DNA of 64,000 bases, taken from positions 90,148,001 to 90,212,000 of the forward strand of contig OX597817.1 of assembly GCA_951406725.2 (NCBI GenBank). Direction: 5' to 3'. The notes beneath the pieces are model-generated. The model did no database searches. It worked only from the letters and a program-made list of their open reading frames with translations, and had not been told where the DNA came from. A program made the translations under genes and the position numbers. Below are positions 55,100 to 64,000 of this stretch, piece after piece. This DNA comes from Octopus vulgaris. Lineage: Eukaryota. The stretch's first letter is position 1; every line of letters starts with the position of its first letter.

Positions 55100-55561
55100 C
55101 ATAAATATACATATAATATTTACACGTTTCTAAGTTCTCTCACTACTTTTCATTCAAGTCAAATGTCTTTTACAATAGCCTCAAGTGGTTGGTGCCTTGC
55201 AAATATAATTGGTAGACTGTACAAAGGCTTGTTATATATGTATATTTGTTTGTGTGGTTTGTGTGTGTGTGCATGAGAGTTGACATTCAAAATTTTGGTT
55301 TGTCACTGCCTGAGTGGAATAGTGATGTGATGTTTACATGCCATATTGACATTATGACCAGTCATGCTATGGCTTTAAAGTGAAGTGGAATAAAAAATCC
55401 ATTACTTGAAAAACAGGTAAACATTAGTGGTAGGAAGGGCATCTAGTTGTAAAAACATTGATTAAGTGTTTGCTAGCAGAAAGAAACAGGTGTAAAAAGC
55501 ACACACACATACATGCAACATATGCATGCACACACATGTACAGATACACCTATACATGTAT

Positions 55562-55612
<51 letters not shown>

Positions 55613-57140
55613 CATACATACATACATACATACATATGTACACACACACACCAAAGTCCTAATATGTAGGAAGGCAGGCAAACCACAAATCCCTTCAAGT
55701 AGATGACCCTGCTCAATCTGTAGTAGAGGAGTAGGTAGAAACTCTATAAGATGTACCCGGTGTAAGCTATGGACACATAAGAGGTGCAATAATATCAAAG
55801 GAAGGCTAACTGGGAAGATAGTTTTTATATGTGGCAGATGCTCAGGAGCGATAAACACCGAAAATGCACAGAGATCAACTTCCACCACATTCCAGGGAGA
55901 AAAACTAGAAGTAGTTGATAGCTTCTGTTACCTAGGTAACCAAGTCAGTAGCGGAGGAGGGTGTGCTGAAAGTGTAGCTGCTAGAATAAGAATAGCTTGG
56001 GCAAAGTTCAGAGAGCTATTACCTCTGCTGGTGACAAAGGGCCTCTCGCTCAGAGTAAAAGGTAGACTGTATGATGCATGTGTACGAACAGCCATGCTAC
56101 ATGACAGTGAAACATGGGCTGTGACTGCTGAGGACATGTGTAAGCTCGCAAGGAATGAAGCCAGTATGATTCGATGGATGTGTAATGTCAGTGTGCATAC
56201 TCAACAGAGTGTAAGTACCCTGAGAGAAAAGTTGGACCTAAGAAGCATTAGATGAGGTGTACATGAGAGACGACTGCGCTGGTATGGTCATGTGGCAAGA
56301 ATGGATGAGGATAGCTGTGTGAAAAAGTGCCACACCCTAGCGGTTGAGGGAACCTGTGGAAAATGTAGACCCAGGAAGACCTGGGATGAAGTGGTGAAGC
56401 ACAACCTTCGAACACTGGGCCTCACCAAGGAAATGACTAACGATCGAGACTTTTGGAAATATGGTGTGCTTGAGAAGACCCGGCAAGCCAAATGAGATCA
56501 TAACCTGTGGCCTATGCCAGGAGCATAACCAGTCCGCATATGCATAACTTTTCCTTCTTTGGTCACTAAACTCTGCTTGCAAAGACCTGTTGAGGCAAGT
56601 GAAATCAAAACCAAAATCAATTCGATGACTGGCATTCGTGCTAGTGGAGTGCAAAGAGCACCATAGAAGTGTGATCATTGACAGAGCGGAGAACTGGCTC
56701 CGTGCCAGTGGCACATAAAAGGGCACCATTCGAGTATGATCGTTACCAGTGTCGCCTTACTGGCACTTGTACATGTGCTAGTAGGGTGCTAATCTGAGCG
56801 TGATCGTTGCCAGAGCAGCCAACTGGTTTCTGTACCTGTGGCATGTAAAAAGGCACCATTCAAGCGTGATCGTTACCAACTCCGCTTCAGTGGCACCTGT
56901 GTCGGTGACACGTGTAAAAATATTCAAGTGAGGTCGCTGCTAGTACCTCCTGACTGGCACCTATGCCGGTGGCACGTAAAAAGTACCCACTACACTCTCA
57001 GAGTGGTTGGCATTAGGAAGGGCATCCAGCTGTAGAAACTGCCAGATCAAGATTGGAGCCTGGTGTAGCCATCTGGTTCGCTAGCCCTCAGTCCATCCCA
57101 TGCTAGCATGGAAAGTGGACGTTAAACGATGATGATGATG
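52800..57140 (+). mobile_element. Near-full-length RTE-clade LINE (APE endonuclease + RT), disabled and interrupted
   Basis: GTLNVGTL, CIQEVRW, AGDFNG.VG, SQIDYIL, KAPGPSGI, YRGIKLL, QFGFVPGKST.DAI, DMEKAF.RVP, GVHQGSVLS, ADDL, GR.RKTW; 3'UTR and (GAT)n tail at about 57128-57140. Several stops and frameshifts; insertion at 55042-55649. Confidence 0.95.
55042..55649 (+). repeat. Local duplication of about 57605-58198 inserted in the LINE
   Basis: 55091-55650 aligns to 57612-58198 with a few substitutions, a 4-bp indel and different microsatellite lengths. Confidence 0.93.
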
Positions 57141-57249
57141 TGTGTGTCTCTATTCCTTTGATGAGTGCCAATCTTTTTTATTAATTCCCCAAACTCTCTT
57201 GCTAGAAACAGATTGTTAAAATCAGCTCAAATGGAACTATAATACTGAA

Positions 57250-57620
<371 letters not shown>

Positions 57621-58088
57621 CATAAATATACATATAATATTTACACGTTTCTAAGTTCTCTCACTACTTTTCATTCAAGTCAAATGTCTTTTACAATAGC
57701 CTCAAGTGGTTGGTGCCTTGCAAATATAATTGGTAGACTGTACAAAGGCTTGTTATATATGTATATTTGTTTGTGTGGTTTGTGTGTGTGTGCATGAGAG
57801 TTGACATTCAAAATTTTGGTTTGTCACTGCCTGAGTGGAATAGTGATGTGATGTTTACATGCCATATTGACATTATGACCAGTCGTGCTATGGCTTTAAA
57901 GAGAAGTGGAATAAAAAATCCATTACTTGAAAAACAGGTAAACATTAGTGGTAGGAAGGGCATCTAGTTGTAAAAACATTGATTGAGTAAGTGTTTGCTA
58001 GCAGAAAGAAACAGGTGTAAAAAGCACACACACACATACATGCAACATATGCATGCACACACATGTACAGATACACCTATACATGTAT

Positions 58089-58182
<94 letters not shown>

Positions 58183-58711
58183 GTGCACACACACACACAT
58201 ATATATATATACTCATATATATATGTACACACTCATACATGTGCACACACACACATACATGCATATATACACACACACGTATATGTACACACAGACACAT
58301 AAATATATGTATATATATGCATAATATATGCACATACACACATTTGAGCAATTAGTGGAGAGAAACTACTAAAGAGTGTATAAGTTAAACTAAGCTGCTG
58401 TATGTATAATTTTTGCTTTATATCAGTTGAATTCACATGAAACCAATATCAAGTGAGTTCCAATGTTCCTTTCACTCCTGATTCTTTGAATTCTGCCAAT
58501 AATAATGACTGATAGGCTTTCTTTGATGTCTTTAGAATTAACTATTTGACTTGTTCGTCTACGTAAAGAACCCCCGCGGAAATTCTTCAATGCATCTATT
58601 TGTGTCACTGCTACAGTCTTTGCAATTCATATTGTTATATTCTATATATTCCAATGTTCCACTGTATTGACTCCAGTGGTGATAGTGGTGGTGGTGGCGA
58701 TGGGTTTGATG

Positions 58712-58769
58712 GGGATGTTGAAGGAATAACAATGACGATGGGATGTTGAAGGAATAACAATGACGATGG
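58712..58769. repeat. Perfect 29-bp tandem duplication
   Basis: gggatgttgaaggaataacaatgacgatg twice. Confidence 0.9.
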
Positions 58770-59245
58770 TGATGATGATGATGAGGATGTTAATAAAAAC
58801 AGTGATGGTAATTTCTTTGCCACTTAACCGGCAACAACACACACATTGGTATATAATACAATATAGTGGAATGTAATATAATTTAATGTAATATAATATA
58901 AATCAAATATGTGATTATAAAATGTGCCTGAGCCAAATATATACCAAGGTATATAGTTATATGTATATATGTATGCTTTCCTGGTTTATTTTTTGAATGT
59001 TTCACCAAAGAAGAAAGCCAGTTTCTAGTTTAGAAGTAGTGCTCTATCATAGCAATTTAGACAACATCAGTGAAATACTTTAACCAAACTGTTAGTTATA
59101 TTTTGGAGCACAAGTTGTTTATATATTTTCACTATTCCTGCATGTCCGTAAATGTGTTTTGTTTTTCACTTCTAAACTGATTTGCTATTAATACTCTCTC
59201 ACATGTCTATCTCTCTCTCTATTACAAAAGGCAATACATGTATTA

Positions 59246-59417
<172 letters not shown>

Positions 59418-61689
59418 TATGAATAACTGAGTTTCAGATTGGCTTTGAGCCAAGAAGAGTATGACTGATACCCTCTTCCCAATGAAACAACTGCAAGAGA
59501 ATATAAAGTAAGTCATCATAGCTATATATAAAAGTATATATATATATATAAGTAAACCATATATAAAAGTAAGCTTAATATAAAAGTAAGCCACCATACC
59601 TAGCATTAATTAACCTTGATAAAGCCTTTTCTAGCATACACACACACACATACACACTCTCTCTCTCTCTCCCTCTCTCTCTCTATCTTGCTCTCTCTCC
59701 CTTCTCTCTCTTCTCTCACATTATTATCTCTCTCATAATCTTGTTCTACTTTCTCTTCTTTCACATCCTGACTTTCCTCCTGCCATCACTTTGTTCTGTG
59801 TTCATCCATTTGGACACAACTTTGAATGAATGGAAACAAAGAGGAATAGAGAGGACCCTTCAGTCTTGCAGAAGACAAAGCAACCACACTAGTGCTGATG
59901 CCACAACAAAATACACCTCATGCAATAAAGAGATGCAGATAATAAGGGTTCAGAGGAACCTTTACTCTTGATGAGGACATGACAAACTCTTTAGTGCTGG
60001 TACCAAGATTAAATGCACCTAGTAGATATTGCAAAGTGATTGGCATTTGGAAGGGCATTCAACCCCAGGAAGCATGCTAAAAGGGAATTTAGAATGTGAT
60101 GTGGTTTCCATCTCAAATAAGAAGCTTTGGTAATCAATCCAACCTTTGCCAGCATACAAAGGAACATGGTTATATGTCTTTTATCTTTTACTTGTTTCAC
60201 TCATTCTATCAGTTTCTTTTGCCAAACTGTTAAGTTACAGGGCATAAATACACCAACACTGGTGGGAGACAAACACAGACACAAAGACACACATACATAG
60301 ATGTACATACTTATTATATATATATATATATATATATATAAATGGGCTTCTTTCAATTTCTGTCTACCAAATCCACCCACAAAGCTTTGGTTGACCTGAA
60401 GCTATAGTAGAAGACATTTGCCCAAGGTGCTATGCATGAATCCTCCTCCTCATCATCATCGTTTAACGTCCGTTTTCCATGCTAGCATGGGTTGGATGGT
60501 TCAACCGGAATCTGGGAAACCAGAAGGCTACACCAGGCCCCAACTGATCTGGCAGTGTTTCTACAACTGGATGCCCTTCCTAACACCGACCATTCCATGA
60601 GTGTAGTGGGTGGTTTTTACGTGCCAGAGGAGGCTGGCAGCAGCCATGATCAATTGGTTCTCTTAACGTGCCACCGGCACAGATGCCAGTCAAGGTGGCA
60701 CTGGCATCAGCCACATTTGGATGGTGCTTTTTACGTGTCACCGGCACAGGTATCACACTATAGTTTCCATTTGATTTTTTTTTTGATGTTGATGTACTTG
60801 ACTCAATAGGTGTCCTTAAGCACAGCAGGTCGTCCTACAATCCAAGGTAAGCACAGCAGGCCATCCTGCGATCCAAGGTACTATATATATATACATATAT
60901 ATATTTATATTACAGGCATAGCTGTATGATTAAAAAGTTTGTTTCTCAACCACATTTTTTTTCTGGATCAATCCCACAAGGTTCTACCTTGGGCAAGTGT
61001 TTTCTCTTATAACTTCAAAGCTCCAAGCTAACCAAAACCTAGTGAATGGATATGGTAGGAAGAAATTAAGAGAAGCCCACCATATATGTGCATGTGTGTG
61101 TATGTGCGAGTGTGTGTTTATGTCACCTAGTTGTGACATCCCATGATAATTGCAAACGACTGTCATTGTCATATAAGCAAAGTCATTCATTTCCAATATT
61201 TTGTGAAACATGTTTGGCCTTGAGGAAATATTACCTTGCCTGGAAACAGGTGAGGGTTTGCAACAGGAAACACATTCTGGCATAGAAAATTTGCTCCAAT
61301 AAACTTCATCTAGCATACGCAAGCATTGAGAAAGTGGATATTAAAGCAATAATAATGCTGATGATGCTGATGATGTGCCTGCACACATTTGTGTGTATGC
61401 ATGTGCACGCATGTGTGCGTGTGTGTGTATGAGTGTGTGCTTTTATCTCCTTGTTTTGATACCATGTTCTAATTGTAAACAACTGTTATCGTTTATTTGC
61501 CATCTTTCATGAAAACTGTTCAGTGATTATGCTATTTTATGTTTGAAGGACAAGTTAAAATATTACTTTGCTTCAGAATAGATGAGGTTTAGCAACAGGA
61601 AGAGCATCCAGCAATAGTAAATCTGTCTCAATGAATTTTGTTCAACCCATGCATGAATGGAAAAATAGATGATGTTATTATTATTATTG

Positions 61690-61919
61690 GCAAAAATAGA
61701 AGAGTGCCATTGTTATCAAGTGAATGATATTTCGACATCTTGTGTGTCTTCCACAGGTTCAAAAATTAAACTTGGTTAATATATATAGGACTGAGGTAAC
61801 TCCCCCAGAAGATATAGAAGCAAAAATAGAAGAGTGCCATTGTTATCATTCACTTGATAACAATGGCACTCTTCTATTTTTGCTTCTATATCTTCTTGAG
61901 GAGTTACCTCAGTCTTATA

Positions 61920-61922
<3 letters not shown>
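61690..61922. mobile_element. Compound inverted-repeat insertion with degenerate minimal hammerhead motif (Penelope-like pLTR fragments)
   Basis: Hairpin 61781-61848 / 61855-61922. 61690-61728 is the reverse complement of 61844-61883. Minus strand tgaac-CTGtgGA-a-gaca..tgtc-GAAA-ta-TC-attca at 61721-61761. Flanked by (TTA)n. Confidence 0.65.
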
Positions 61923-61955
<33 letters not shown>

Positions 61956-62544
61956 ATTTATTATTATTATTACTTTTATTATTATGATGATGATACTAAA
62001 TAATGGTTTAATTAATCCTGATGGCTAAAACAAATGAAAGAACTGAAGAACTAGTAAGAGGAAAGAGAAGGGAGAGCAAAGTGCATAGTCATTTTTAAGG
62101 CCGCCAAGACTAATGGAAAGCTATGTGAAGGTCATTTTCAAACTAGGGACTTGGTCCAAGTGGTTACAACAGAGTAGATTCTGCCAGAGATAACCAGAAC
62201 CAAGTGGTTTTAAAGTAGGTAACAAGTTGGGCCTACCATCCAAGAACAGGAATGGTTCCTCCACTTGGCTTCCACACACCCAAATTTAAGTTACAGGCTT
62301 TGATCAGTTAGACACCATTGTAGAAGTCACTTGCTCAAGGTTATGTATAATGAGACTGACTCCCAAACCAAGCAGACACAAAGCAAACCAACCACACCTG
62401 CACACAGATATTGACATATTTTGCAATGTACCCCTTCCAATTCAAATAATTATAACAAATATTCTAATATTAATACATTCATATATTAACATAGAATTTG
62501 TAATGTGATCTTTTATCATAAAAGATTTGCAAGGTAATAACTAA

Positions 62545-63767
62545 ATCATCATCATCATCATCATCATCGTTTAGCGTCCATTTTCCATGCTAGCATGGGT
62601 TGGACGGTTCTATTGGGGTCCGTGAAGCCAGAAGGCTTCATCAGGCCCAGTCAAATCTGGCAGTGTTTCTACGGCTGGATGCCCTTCCTAACGCCAACCA
62701 CTCAGTGAGTGTAGTGGGTGCTTTTTACGTGCCACCCGCACAGGTGCCAGACAGAGCTGGCAAACGGCCACGAACGGATGGTGCTTTTTATGTGCCACCA
62801 GCACGAGGGCCAGGCGAGGCTGGCAACGGACACGAATGGATGGTGCTTTTTACGTGCTATCGGCACGAGGCCAGTCGGGGCGGTGCTGGCAACGGTCGCG
62901 AAACGGAAGGTTCTCTTACATGCCACCGGCACTGGTAACACATCTGCAATTTCCATTGATCGATTTCGATTCTGATCCTCACTTGCCTCAACAGGTCTTC
63001 ACAAGTAGAGTTTTGTGTCCCAAGAAGGGAAGGTATGCATACGTAGGCTGGCTCCATCCCATGTAGAAGGCCATGGGTTATGGACTCACTTGTCCTGCCG
63101 GGTCTTCTCGCGCACAGCACACTTCCAGAGGTCTCGGTCTCTAGTCATTTCCTCAGTGAGACCTAAAGTTCGAAGGTCGTGCTTCACCACCTCGTCCCAG
63201 GTTTTCCTGGGTCTGCCTCTTCCGCAGGTTCCCTCAACAGCTAGGGTGTGGCACTTTTTCACACAACTATCTTCATCCATTCTCGCCACATGACCATACC
63301 AGCGCAAACGTCTCTCTTGCACACCACAACTGATGCTTCTTAGGTCCAGCTTTTCTCTCAAGGTACTTACACTCTGCCGAGTATGAGTACTGACATTACA
63401 CATCCATCGGAGCATACTGGCTTCATTTCTTGCGAGCTTACGCATATCCTCAGCAGTCACGGCCCATGTTTCACTGCTTGTAGCATGGCTGTTCGTACAC
63501 ACGCATCATACAGTCTGCCTTTCACTCTGTGCGAGAGGCCTTTTGTCACCAGCAGAGGTAAGAGCTCTCTGAACTTTGCCCAAGCTATTCTTATTCTAGC
63601 AGTTACACTTTCAGCACACCCGCCCCCGCTGCTGACTTGGTCACCTAAGTAACGGAAACTATCAACTATTTCTAGTTTTTCTCCCTGGAAAGTGACGGAA
63701 GTTGGTCTCAGAGCATTTTCAGTGTTTATTGTTCCTGAGCATCTGCCACATACAAAAACCATCTTCC
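62545..63767 (-). mobile_element. Young 5'-truncated RTE LINE (same family as 52800-57140)
   Basis: VDSFRYLGD, AWAKFREL, SETWAV, RLRWYGHV, GRGRPRKTW; one frameshift near 63480; tandem 3'UTR units; (GAT)n tail. Confidence 0.93.
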
Positions 63768-64000
63768 TAGAAAACAATAAACCTTCAAACATTTTATTAT
63801 AACATATTGACACATAAATGTAACACGGAAACAATGTGCTTGCACGACCAGCTAGAAGTATCAGCTAAATCATATCCTATCATCTTGAGAAATAAGGATA
63901 CAATGGATAATGTAGTCTTTGATACACAAAATGACAGGATGACCATACTAGAACATTTTAATCACAAGACAATATTTAACCCTTTAGCATTTAAACTGGT

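Noticed and set aside
56660-57000. CRISPR-like repeat array
   Set aside because: Eukaryotic context, degenerate units, no unique spacers or cas genes; it is a LINE 3'UTR.
58423-58630. Minus-strand 61-aa ORF (TQIDALKNFRGGSLRRR...) as a possible Epac exon
   Set aside because: No similarity to Epac, and no convincing donor site before the stop.

Overview
AT-rich animal genomic DNA, dense in microsatellites and transposon relics. The repeat families suggest a coleoid cephalopod (Octopus-like); this is inference. The window lies inside one large minus-strand gene, an Epac/RAPGEF4-like cAMP-regulated Rap GEF. Three phase-compatible coding exons are present: 44639-45084 (end of the DEP domain, a long poly-Gly insert and an apparent 1-nt frameshift), 16182-16327 and 2712-2788 (start of the cAMP-binding domain). 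The introns between them are about 28 kb and 13 kb. The introns hold RTE LINEs (one near full length), Tx1/L1-like and R4-like LINE pieces, several tRNA-derived SINE families, mariner, Tc1, maT, Tigger, hAT and piggyBac-type relics, a Helitron Rep fragment, and a decayed Penelope-like element with an N-terminal GIY-YIG endonuclease. The most striking structures are three unrelated palindromic insertions carrying hammerhead-ribozyme motifs. The one at 23241-23782 has about 260-bp near-perfect arms and an apparently intact type I hammerhead core in each arm. There is also a templated ~600-bp insertion into a LINE, copied from 2.5 kb downstream. All calls were made by eye, without database searches.
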